Assembly (NCBI RefSeq): GCF_006345805.1
Contig: NC_043010.1
Location: 32,922,001-32,986,000 of the forward strand
From: Octopus sinensis
Taxonomy: Eukaryota
Length of the DNA stretch: 64,000 nucleotides
Direction of reading: 5' to 3'
Shown: piece after piece, positions 53,090-64,000 of the stretch
Numbering within the stretch: position 1 is the stretch's first letter
Layout of the letters: the number at the start of each line of letters is the position of its first letter
The notes under the pieces: generated by a model
Told to the model about the DNA's origin: nothing
The model's input: only the letters and a program-made list of their open reading frames with translations
Database searches by the model: none
Program-made: the position numbers and the translations under genes

Positions 53090-53200
53090 TTCTTCTTCTT
53101 TTTCTTCTTCTTATTCTCCTTCTCCTCCTCCTCCTCCTCCTTCTTCTTCTTCTTCTTCTTCTTCTTCTTCTTCTTCTCCCCTACCAAGAATTCACAACCT
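53090..53200. repeat. (TCT)n/(CCT)n polypyrimidine repeat
   Basis: Direct repeats. Confidence 0.9.
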
Positions 53201-53425
53201 CGAACCCACAAGAGTAAACAAGAGAGAAAGAGATAGGCAGAAACAAGGAAATGCCACTTGTATTTGAACACTATACAAATATTCTTTAAAAAAAAACTCT
53301 TCTTTTAATTTTTCTAAATTTAATTGTTTAATTGTTATAGTTGAAAAAGTCTCAATGACTGAAACCGGTACCGAAATGGTTTTTATAAAATTATTTTAGC
53401 ATTTTCTATCTTGACTTTTTTCCAT

Positions 53426-53570
<145 letters not shown>

Positions 53571-54259
53571 TACATATATTATGTTTACACTTTTTTCTAT
53601 TCATTTTGAGCTACTTGTGGTGATTTCGATACAACGAGACCTAAGGTCTCATTTGTATGAGCGCTTTCTATATTTTGGTGAACAATTCTGCTTATCTATC
53701 ATTTTCTTGATCCAATTTACCCTTATGGTCTGTTCTTCTGTTGCTAAAAACATTACTTCGGTGTTTTCCTTCAACACTTCTTTCTTTAACCAAAGTCAGC
53801 TGCCTTGATCATCTCTTACCTCTTTTGAATAAGTTGAATCCAGTTTTTTCCTCCAACTACCCCACATTTTCCTAATTTTTCCCCATCTACTAAGTCTATA
53901 AATAGTGTTTCATTCATTACCTCCTTGAAACGAATTTCTTTTTCTTCCAGACAGGAACTAAGATTTGTTTTCTCTAGATCTATTACGTCTGCAACACTCA
54001 TTAACCTCCTTCCTTCTTCTGTTCCTTTCTAATATAAACAGCTCTCACCTTCAGTTCATTCTTCGCTACTCACTAATTCCCGCTTCATTCCATAATGATA
54101 CTGCTCTCAAGTTGATTGTTGGTTATGACTTTTTATAGTAATCAATTTGAATTTTTAAACGAAAATATTCTTTACAAAAAATTTATATCACTTCTACACT
54201 ATTGATTTAATCACTTTCCTATATTCCAAGATATTAATATGATTTATCAACAATTACTC

Positions 54260-54712
54260 TCTCTTTTACTCTTTTACTTGTTTCAGTCATTTGACTGCGG
54301 CCATGCTGGAGTACCGCCTTTAGTCGAACAAATCGACCCCGGGACTTATTCTTTGTGAGCCCAGTACTTATTCTATTGCTCTCTTTTGCCGAACCGCTAA
54401 GTGACGGCGACGTAAACACACCAGCATCGGTTGTCAAGCAATGCTAAGGGGACAAACACAGACACACAAACATACACACACATATATACTACGGGCTTCT
54501 TTCAGTTTCCGTCTACCAAATCCACTCACAAGGCTTTGGTCGGCCCGAGGCTATAGTAGAAGACAGTTGCCCAAGATGCCACGCAGTGGAACTGAACCCG
54601 GAACCATGTGGTTGGTAAGCAAGCTACTTATCACACAGCCACTCCTACGCCTATACTTACCACACAGCCACTCCTACTCCTATTCTTACCACACAGCCAC
54701 TCCTACGCCTAA
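54260..54712 (-). mobile_element. SINE family A with a triplicated 5' end
   Basis: Full reverse-complement copy; a 29-bp head unit is repeated three times at 54626-54712. Confidence 0.9.
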
Positions 54713-55274
54713 GAATTTTTTATTCTCACCATCAAGCAGATCCTTCCTGTACTTTTTGATTTTCCAAACATCGTCTCCACCATAGTGCATCTTTCGGTTC
54801 CAAACATCATTCCAATGTCCTAAGAATTTGCAAAAGGAATTTGTGTGTGCATGCGTACACACACACACACAAACACATACATATATAAATATATATATTT
54901 GTGTGTGATGTACACGCATGTTTATCCATGTTTGTGTATGAGGGTGCGTGTGTATGTGTGCGTGTGTGTGTGTGTGTGTGTGTGCGTGTGTGTGCGTGTG
55001 TGTGTGTGTGAATGTATGTTTAAAAATGGTCAAATACAGTTAAATACAGCACATGTTTCTGAAGCAGAAAATTTCAATTTAAAAGTGTAAATATACGGCG
55101 TGTGATGCAGTTGCTATTGCTTCGTTTGTTGAAGCCTATTGACGAAGCAAGTTTGCAGAAACAGGCCGCATCCGAACCCAAAATACGTATTTTCATATAT
55201 GTTAGTTTCAAATATTTCCAGAGTTCTTATCCCTATTCTGTATGTATATTAATCCTTTCTACTATACGCACAAG

Positions 55275-55450
55275 GCCTCAAATTTCGGTGGTGGGAAAAA
55301 GTCGATTACATCAAGCCCAGTACTCAACTTTATCGATCCTGGAAGGATGAAAGGCGAAGCTGACCCTGGCGGAATTAGAACTTAGAATGTAAAGAAGACG
55401 AAATGCTGCTAATCATTTTGCCCAGCATTCTATTGATACTGCCACCTCGT
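55275..55450 (-). mobile_element. SINE family B (degraded)
   Basis: Reverse complement of GAGGTGGCAGT…TTCTAAGTTCTAATTCCGCC…GCCTTTCATCCTT. Confidence 0.6.
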
Positions 55451-56634
55451 TAGAGTAATGTAATGTAGACTAATTTTACAACTCTAAACATTATAACTCA
55501 TAGTTCACTATTTGTTGAGTATTTTATTGTATTATGTCACAGACTTCACTGATTGATATGTTTTTCCTGCATATGTCTAAATCACATGCATGTATACATA
55601 CATAAACACACGCGGGGACACACCACGCTCACGCATACACGCTCACTCTCACACACACACAAAATTTTCATTTTGAAGATGTGGGAATGAAGAGTGGGTG
55701 AATTAATAATTCAAAGCAATAAAGTGCCCCGTCATACGCGTGCGCGTACATATATTTTGAACTATTAAAAAAAGTGAAGATATAAATATAAACAATATAA
55801 ACCATGAAAATAAAAGATTAGTCTAATCATTGTAAATATTTATTTAGTTCTGGTGAACTATGACGTCAGTTGACCGGATGGTAACACGCTATGGCTCCTG
55901 CTCTTAACGTAACACTCAAAACTAAGATATAAAAGCAAATAAATACGAGAAGAAATTCTCAAAAGTGGAGTTGGGCTGAACATGTCTGAAAGTGATGTAA
56001 ACAGAGATGGATATGGGAGGATGGCGTAGGTTATGAGTCTTTACAAAATGGAGGTGGAGAGAAAACGATATAGCAGTATACTTTTTGCACTCTCGACTAT
56101 TTTCTTAATCCTACAGTTGATCGTCACCTTCTCTTTCTTTCTCTTTCTCTCTTTCTCTCTCATTTTCTCTCTTTCTCTCTTTCTCTCTTCCTCTCTCTTT
56201 CTTTTTATCCATTTATATATCTATATGTCTATATCTATCTCAAACATACACACACTATTACTCTGCCATGCAAATGAGCACAGGTATGCAAATAAGCACA
56301 GGTATATATGGTGTCTGTTGTTCATCACAACTTTTTCGTAAGTAGTTGTAAGCTTCTTTCTTTCCCACCTCCTTCTCTCTGGGTCTGGGGGTGGTGTAAA
56401 CAGAAGAGCTAAAACTGGTGACGAGTTTGTAAATGACATGCAAAACTAGTTGAGTTGTTCTTCATTCCTTGAAAGTTAAAACTAGAATACTTAGGCGCTT
56501 ACGATCGGCTGACCATTTAAATCTTATCCCTATTTTCAATGCTAACAATTATTATGAACTATGTATGAGTTCATTTTTTTTATATACCCATCTTATACTA
56601 TTAATTATATATTTCTAAACACGGACACTATACG

Positions 56635-57340
56635 ATTGTGTGGAAAACAGTTTCGTTGCTTCACCTGCAACGTGGGCATCTAGGCGAAACTGTGACGTCG
56701 TGCCTCGCGAGTTTATCCTGAACTAGTAAGGCACTTCGGAAGCACAGCCAAGCCAGGGACCTCTGGAAGTTGTCCATAGGTCTTGGGCCGAGAGTTCTTT
56801 GATGCAGTTTGGCAAACTGACTTTCATCGAAACCCAGAATCTCCCCAAGCTGTCATCACACTTGCCCTCTACCAGCCATCTATAGTACGCCGAGGTGGTA
56901 CCCCCTTCGCCGGCATTGCTTGTTCGGGAGAGAAGCACGAGCACCTGTGGACATTCTGCTTTCCAAGCTCCCAGCCTTGGTCTACGCCTGTTCCAGGTTT
57001 CCAATTCACCAAAAGAAGTGAACCTGGGAAATATCTCATAAACGAATGGAGACCACATCTGCTCACCGTCCATGTAGAGTCAGAGATACCTCAACCTCAG
57101 CGAATGCCTGCGTATCTTTAGCCACGGCGTCCCTAACCCATCCTTTAGCGGCTGTTGGCAGCAGATAGAGCACCTTGCAAGAGGCCACCTGTCCTCCCAC
57201 AAGAAGTGAAAGAGCATGCGTTCCAACTTGTTTAGCCACAAATCGGGGCACGGCACGGCGTCTAGGCGGTAGGTAATGACAGATGCGATAAATACATTTG
57301 CCACCTCCGTCCTCCCTTCTAGGGATAGCCTCCGCCCAGC
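56635..57340 (-). mobile_element. Tx1/L1-like LINE ORF2 post-RT fragment
   Basis: ANVFIASVITYRL…LFHFLW…GLGTPWL, then MDNFQRSLAW…RDKLARH…PRCPRC…ETVFH. Confidence 0.8.
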
Positions 57341-57389
57341 CTCACTTACTCAGACCGCTACTATTTATATGTAGTGGTCCAGTCCATTC

Positions 57390-57402
57390 CCGCCAGGGGG
57401 CG
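57390..57402 (+). promoter_or_regulatory. Putative CTCF-binding motif
   Basis: CCGCCAGGGGGCG matches the CTCF core consensus; sequence match only. Confidence 0.3.
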
Positions 57403-58695
57403 TCGTACTCTCGCACAACAGTATGTATGCTCGTATGTATGTTCTTCACACACCTCCAGCCGGTCACTGACAAACCGACAACGCCTTTTAGCTTGAGTGA
57501 AGACAGTTCCAAGTTTTGTGAATATGTGTATTAATAAGGATATATACGTTGAGCTAAGTATATAACGGCAAGCCTGTACGGATATACACGTCTACTTAGT
57601 AAACGACTACGTTATCCTTTTTTTTTTCTTTTTTTTTTTTTGGTGTGTGCGTATGTGCCTTATGTACAAATGTAATTGTAATAAGTCTAGGAAACTCAGA
57701 GAGAGAATCTGTAGAGCGTTGTAGAAATTTTCCGTGCTACTAATTGATTCGATTTAGAGATCGGGAATCTGTTTTGTTGGGTTTTTTTTTTTCTTTTTAA
57801 ACCCCAGAATTCCCTGGTTTTTATATAAATCTGTTGTTTTATATCCCTGCACAGCTATGTTAATAGACACAAAGGAAAATCTGTAGTCGGACCCTAAGGG
57901 TTCTAAGCTTTACACTTCCTCTCTCTATGTGTTTTCTTTTACCACATTCACGTGTACTGGACAACTGCAAATACGCATGAGAGTTAGTATCAGCATTTAC
58001 ATAGGTGGATGTGTGGGAATATTTCCATTTATGTAACCGATGCAAATTTACAAAGCTATCCGTAAGATAAACTTAAAAATAATTTTAGCAAAAATGTCAT
58101 GTCCTCTGGGAAGGAAACATTTTGGGGCAACTGCTGATAATAGAATTGATATCTACCGCACTGATATAACACAATCGACATTTTGTATCACAATATGGTG
58201 GTTTTGAGGTATTCTTATCTCGAGTATTCGGTAGCTGTCTCCTGTTTCTGAACAGAGTATTTGTCTAAGTGGGATCTCTGCCTGTCTGTCCGTCCGTCCG
58301 TCTGTCTGTATGTTTGTATGTATGTATGTATGTTGTGTATATATGTGTGTGTATATATGTATGTATGTGTGTATTTATGTGTGAATGTATAAATTGCTGT
58401 GTATATATATGTATGTGTATGTATGAATTAGTGAATGTACGTGTGTATGTGTATGTATGTACATATTTATGTGCATGTATATGCATGTATTATGTAAGTA
58501 TTTATGTATCCAGGAATGCACATATTTATGTTCACATGTATGTGTATTTCTGTATTTATGCACCTATGTGTGCATTTATGTATGTATGTATGTATGACTG
58601 TATATTTTTGTACATGTCTATTGTCTATCTGTATGTACGTATCTATTGTTCCCCTCATTGTTATTAGATTAAAATTTTTATTATTTAATCATTAC

Positions 58696-58998
58696 GTTGG
58701 TGCTTCTAGTCCCAGATCATCTCAGATAACCCCTGACCCAGAAGACGTTCCAGTCATGATCATTCCATCCCTTTCTTTAAGCACAATGAATATAGAACAG
58801 TATAATCTTCTATATCCTAACTTTTTATAATAGTAAGAGGCTACAGTTGGTGCTTCTAGTCCCAGATCATCTCAGATAACCCCTGACCCAGAAGACGTTC
58901 CAGTCATGATCATTCCATCCCTTTCTTTAAGCACAATGAATATAGAACAGTATAATCTTATATATCCTAACTTTTTATAATAGTAAGAGGCTACAGTT
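58696..58998. repeat. Near-perfect 150-bp tandem duplication
   Basis: GTTGGTGCTTCTAGTCCC… at 58696 and 58846; one substitution seen. Confidence 0.95.
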
Positions 58999-59018
58999 CT
59001 ATATTTAAGAGATGAGGA

Positions 59019-59170
59019 ATTATGTACATTATTTACATTTGAAGGATATTTGTCCTCATCTTGTTTGTTGTTAACACAACGCTTCGGCTGATATACCCTC
59101 CAGCCTTCATCGGGTGTCTTGGGTAAATTTCGAAACTGGGTTCTCATTCCTAAGGTATTTTTCGATGTTG
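59019..59170 (-). mobile_element. PLE terminal repeat with a mutated hammerhead (left arm)
   Basis: Minus strand 59117-59074 reads ACAC-CCGATGA-A-GGCTG…CAGCC-GAAG-C-GTT-GTGT. Confidence 0.7.
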
Positions 59171-59312
59171 TTGTTATTCTAACTGGGCCCCACATGGTTG
59201 TGATGCATGTGCCTAGTGTATCCCTTATCAGACGGGTAGTCATGATGGGTATACTGGGCTTCGTATATTTTACCCCAGTGTCACTTTGATCGCATGCACT
59301 GCTCTCTCACTC

Positions 59313-59373
<61 letters not shown>
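59313..59373. repeat. (AAT)n microsatellite
   Basis: Perfect run. Confidence 0.97.
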
Positions 59374-59374
<1 letters not shown>

Positions 59375-59521
59375 CAACATCGAAAATACCTCAGGAATGA
59401 GAACCCAGGTTCGAAATTTCCCAAGACACCTGGTGAGGGCTGGAGGGTATATCAGCTGAAACGTGTTAACAACAATCAAGATGAGGACAAATATCCGTCA
59501 ATTGTAAATAATGTAAATAAT
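59375..59521 (+). mobile_element. PLE terminal repeat with a mutated hammerhead (right arm)
   Basis: 59426-59466 reads ACAC-CTGGTGA-G-GGCTG…CAGCT-GAAA-CGTGTT; inverted relative to the left arm. Confidence 0.7.
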
Positions 59522-60666
59522 ATAGTAAGATGCTATTTTAGGGATTTTTGTGTGAGTAAACCCATAGTATCCATCGTTAGGGTATATTTATTAGGTTTAT
59601 GAAGCCTAATGATAGAGGCCAGAGTTAGTTACCGTACTTATTCGAGTATATAAGTCGCAGCTCTAATTTAATGTTAAATCTTGGTATATTTTTCCCCTTT
59701 AGTTTTTGCTTTGCCCCGTTTATAAGTTGACCTCCAGTTATTTCAATGTGCGGATTTATACACGAGTAAATACAGTATGTTGTGTTTGGACTGTTCATCT
59801 TAAAATGTAAAATTCTGATGTTCCTGATTGCATGCTACAAATTTAGTTAATCTGGTAAGTTGAAATCTCTTGGGGTTTTTTTTTATTTTTTAAATAACTC
59901 AACTCTTTAATCAATTGGTAAATTGTTGGGTTATGTGAAAATGTTCAGTTATAATATCCCCGCCAGATGTAAGTAGCTATTCACGTAAGTAACTATGTGT
60001 AGTTTAGAAATGATTGTCAGATGTTCCAAAATGATAGAGAATCGAGATAGTCAGAGTGGTGGGGAGAGAAAGAAAGAAACAAACAAACAAACAAAGAGAA
60101 ACATAATGAATTTAATGGCAAGTGCAACAGACACACCATTCATTGACACAGCATATAACATACAATGATGCAGTATTGTACATAACCCGGTCAGAGAATT
60201 GATGGACTTGTCATCTGGAACTATAAAAAACATGAACTATATAACCTCAAACAATAAAGTTACTAACTAAATATGGAAACTGAAATAAATGTTCTCTTCA
60301 TCAGAAACAAGAAATGCTTTTGATCCAAAATGTTGCCTCTCTTCCAGTAACTTCAAGCATCTCCAACGTTATCTTATGTCTCAACACACATCATCATGAT
60401 GATGAGGTTGGGTGAACTCTAAAAGGATTAGCCTACCAAGTAGATTGTTGTACACAACTAATTTAGTATTCCAAATTAAGAAGATAGAAAAAACACTTCA
60501 GAAAACATTGAAATATTATTAGAAATTCATAAAAGTAAAGAAAGAGACATAACCATGTTGATTATATAAAGCGAGAAAAAATTATCAAATATTTCGTCAT
60601 TAACAAAGCTATTGTGAGTATAACATTACGAACTGAAACATTAACAGTGAATAACACTATAAGTCA

Positions 60667-61076
60667 TCTATATATCTCTATATATATATAAATGGCAGTT
60701 TGTCTGTCTGTGTGGCTGTCAGGTTGTACCCTCACCCTGACCACGGCTTTCAACCGATTCTGATGAAACTTGACACACACATAGCCCAATGTCATAATTC
60801 AAAACTAACGCAGCGAAAATTTTGAAAAGTTCCCCCAGTTCTGAAAAAAATTGATAAATTCGACATGGGGTCGAGAATCTAAGCTTTTTATACGCAACAC
60901 ATTTTCTGTCGGGAGACAGCTAGGAACATCGTATACATAGAAGTATTCGAGTGAAGAGAAGACATTGCAACCTACACATGCGCCTTCGTTCCCTAGAGGG
61001 AAAGAACTAGATTGGGATTAGTCGTTGCCTACTAAGGGCTCTTACATACCTGGGCAACGCCGGGCTATGCTGCTAG
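60667..61076 (+). mobile_element. Non-autonomous Helitron
   Basis: A|TCTATATAT…GGGCAACGCCGGG…CTAG|T. Confidence 0.8.
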
Positions 61077-61465
61077 TATATATATAAATCTGAAGTTGTC
61101 TGTGTATGGCAGGTTTGGTAGCCTTCAACTAACACTATCTCCTCCGAGACCCTGCGGCGCAAGTGGACCAAAATTGAAAATATGATAGAAGAAGGCTTGT
61201 TCTTCCTACCGTAGAAATAAAAATTCAAATCGGACCATGTTAATACCAAAAATTATTTACGTAAAAAAGGTGCTTTTTTTCTATGAAAATCCCTATTTTT
61301 TTACGATTTTTTGACTGCTTTGTCACCATTTTTCGGTGTATTTCAACCAGGAAAATGTTCACTTAAAGACGATAACAAGCTACATAATGCAAAACTTTTA
61401 CTTTTCAAAAATTCCAATTCTAAAGGGTCGAAACAAACCCGAGCAACGCCGGGCGATACTGCTAG
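61077..61465 (+). mobile_element. Non-autonomous Helitron, tandem with the previous one
   Basis: Ends CCCGAGCAACGCCGGGCGATACTGCTAG|T; inverse match to 35961-36353. Confidence 0.8.
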
Positions 61466-61883
61466 TTATGAATATACACAGAAAGGCAAGGTTTGGGGAA
61501 AAGCGATGTGTTTTTTCTTGTTTTTTCGTAACAACCCCGACAATATAAAACTCTAAACAATTTCGGATGCGAAGAAAACGGCCGCCTATTAGAAAGGTTG
61601 TGTGGTTAGCAAGTTCACAACCCCATGATTTCGAGTTTGATCCTATAACGCAGTACTACCTTATTCTACTTTATCTTTAAACCGATGTCGGTTAGTGGAT
61701 GGAAACAGTACGTGCGCTCGCGCGCGTGTGTGTATGTGTGTTCGCGCGTCCATGCCTGTGTATGTTTGTGTGTGTGTGAGTGCGTGTGCATGCGTACGTG
61801 CGAGTGCGTTAGTGTTCAGCAATTTTGCGATGAACGTGATTTAGAGATTCGATATATATAGACGATAAAATATTATTATCATA

Positions 61884-61899
<16 letters not shown>

Positions 61900-61975
<76 letters not shown>

Positions 61976-62013
61976 TAATAATAATAATTATTATTATTAT
62001 TATTATTATTATT
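61900..62013. repeat. (AAT)n joined to (TTA)n
   Basis: Opposed trinucleotide tracts meeting at 61987/61988. Confidence 0.95.
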
Positions 62014-64000
62014 CTATGTTTGACTTTTGCTTATGTCTACAAGTTGGCTCCAAGTCTCATCCAGAGACCTCAAGAGACAACAGGTTGGAAGTCTGTGCCA
62101 TATATTTGGGGTTTTTTGGTTGTTGTACTAGTGTATGTCTAATACATAATAAAAAAATAAATAAAAATAAAAATAAAAAAGTTTTTTTTAAACCTTGGGA
62201 TTACATAGAGAGTATTTTGCGTAGGATATGAGCAGTTCCCATGAGCACTATCTTTTGAATTTCTGCCATTTTGGGGTTTCCTGGTATCTGAGTTAGGTAG
62301 CAATCACAGTCCTTTCGCTATCATTCCCAGGGCACCTATGACAACAGGTATTGTTTTAGTCTTCAGCTTCCACATTTTGCTGATTTCTATTTCAAGATCT
62401 TTATATTTGCTCAGTTTTTGGTAGGTCTTGACAGATACGTTTATATATCGATTGGGACAGTCATATCAATGAGGAGACATGTTCTTTGTCTGAAGTCTTT
62501 CAATATGATGTCTGGCCTATTTGCATCTATCTTCCTGTCAGTTTGAATGGTGAAGTTCCAGAGGAGTGAGATGTGGTCATTTCAAGCACTGGAGGTGGAT
62601 TGTGTTCCCACCAGTTTTTTTCATGGGGCAAATCCAGGTTTTTGCAAATTACCCAGTGAATATATTGTGCAGCTCTATCATGCCTATTGAGGTACTCTGT
62701 AGGCGCTAGAAGACTGCATTTGGAGACAACATGATCAATGGTTCATTTTGTTGTCGGCATACACGACATGTTGGGCTACTGTCGTTTCTTTAATTATGTT
62801 GGCATGGTAGTTTCTTGTTGGTAGGCATTGATCTTGAGCTGCTATGATAACCCCTCTGTTTCAGATTTTAAGCCAAGCCATTAGCCATTGATGGGTCAGG
62901 GCTTTGTCGATATCTGCCTTTTTGTTTGTGTTTGTTTTTTCTCTGCCCAGATTTTTCCAAAATCCCTGCACTTCTTCTTTTGATGTGGTACAGACCTTGC
63001 AGTAACGCTGTTTTTCCTATCTTCCTGTAAAATTCTTGGTGTTTATTTTTGAACATGTTGTTGTCCTTGAAAAATCTAACACGCTTTTCATACCTCGCTA
63101 TGCGGGCAGCTTTGGCAATACCTTTTGTTGATGGTTTCTATGGTGGCATCAATATCAAATATAGTTTTCATATTGTATTTTTTCAGTAATTTTGAGGTTT
63201 TTGTAGGTTTGGTAGACTTGTGAGCCTTAAGGTTTTTCAAATATTCAATGTCAGATCTAAATATTTTAATTTGTTGTTGGCAGACGCTCTTGCCAAGAAG
63301 TCTTTTTGTGGAATGTTGCCGTTTTCTAATCTTTACACCACATAGGATCGTTGAGATTTTCGCGGATGCATAGTATAGGTGGTTGAGGTTTGTGATATCA
63401 ACATCATTAGCTGAAATTATATCCTTAAGTGCAAGCCGGATTTACCAATTATTTTCATGTTTTGGTTAGAGTTGCGGATTTTAGGAAGTGTATCACGTTC
63501 ATCCATGCTGGTTTCTTTAATTTCAGCCATTCAATTATGATTTGAATTTTTAGCTCATAGTTTCTGTTGTGTTGGTCAATATTTGTGTGACTTTCTTTAT
63601 CTATTTGGTGCTCATCTGTCTTAGTGTTTATGATTGGTTCAGGGAGTATTTCACTTTGGCCTATCACTTATACTACTCTTTCAATCCTCACTTCGTTTAT
63701 CAGCCCTGGGCTGGTCTATATTATTTCCTCTGTATTATCTTCTCTAGCTGCAGCTTCGTTCATTTTATCCGATATTGCTTGTCTAACTTGATCAATCTCT
63801 ACTTCAGTCAGTAATTTTTTTTTTTTAATATGTTTCTTCTGACGTTGGCAAGTTTGTTACTGTCTATGTAGGGTCTTACTTCAGGGTGTTTCTGTCTCCA
63901 GCTTAAGTATGCTTGTACAGTGTTAGATTTATCTGTGGGGAATATATGGCATGGTAGAGGCCTCAAGAACTTCTTTATTATCTTCCCTAGACCATTTTTC
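62014..64000 (-). mobile_element. R4/Dong-clade LINE with its RT domain deleted
   Basis: N-terminal KWSREDNKEVLEA and RYEKRVRFFKDNNMF, then HQWL…KSETEG…AAQDQ…PTCRVC…DHVVSKC…RHD…NRPDIIL…LIDMTVP…GTAHILRKIL* (stop at 62201-62203) and an AAT tail. No RT motifs lie between these; the element runs off the window. Confidence 0.8.

Noticed and set aside
54626-54712. 29-bp direct repeats as a CRISPR array
   Set aside because: No spacers, eukaryotic context, and the units are SINE 5' ends.
55861-55868. TGACGTCA (CRE/ATF site), also near 14681, 17650 and 22056
   Set aside because: An 8-mer without promoter context; one occurrence lies inside LINE coding sequence.

Overview
This is a very AT-rich eukaryotic window made almost entirely of microsatellites and decayed mobile elements. 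The SINE families and the microsatellite load resemble octopod cephalopod genomes; this is an inference from recalled repeat families, not a database result. No host protein-coding gene is confidently recognisable, and there are no rRNA genes, true tRNA genes or CRISPR arrays. Most ORFs in the supplied track are translations of simple repeats. Recognisable elements are: three families of tRNA-derived SINEs; Penelope-like retroelement (PLE) fragments with RT and GIY-YIG motifs; an RTE LINE fragment nested in a PLE; Tx1/L1-like fragments; restriction-like-endonuclease (REL) LINE pieces of the CRE, HERO and R4/Dong types; a full-length decayed mariner; Merlin-like and Tc1/mariner MITEs; and non-autonomous Helitrons. 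The most notable signal is a set of minimal type I hammerhead-ribozyme motifs in short PLE terminal-repeat (pLTR)-like modules next to microsatellites. One has a complete core (1398-1475), one is a CUGUAGA variant, one is a mutated inverted pair, and one is a loop-less palindrome that breaks inside the ribozyme core. Also notable is an R4/Dong LINE that has lost its entire RT domain. All homology calls come from motifs read by eye and need confirming by search. Element boundaries are approximate unless a TIR or TSD is quoted.
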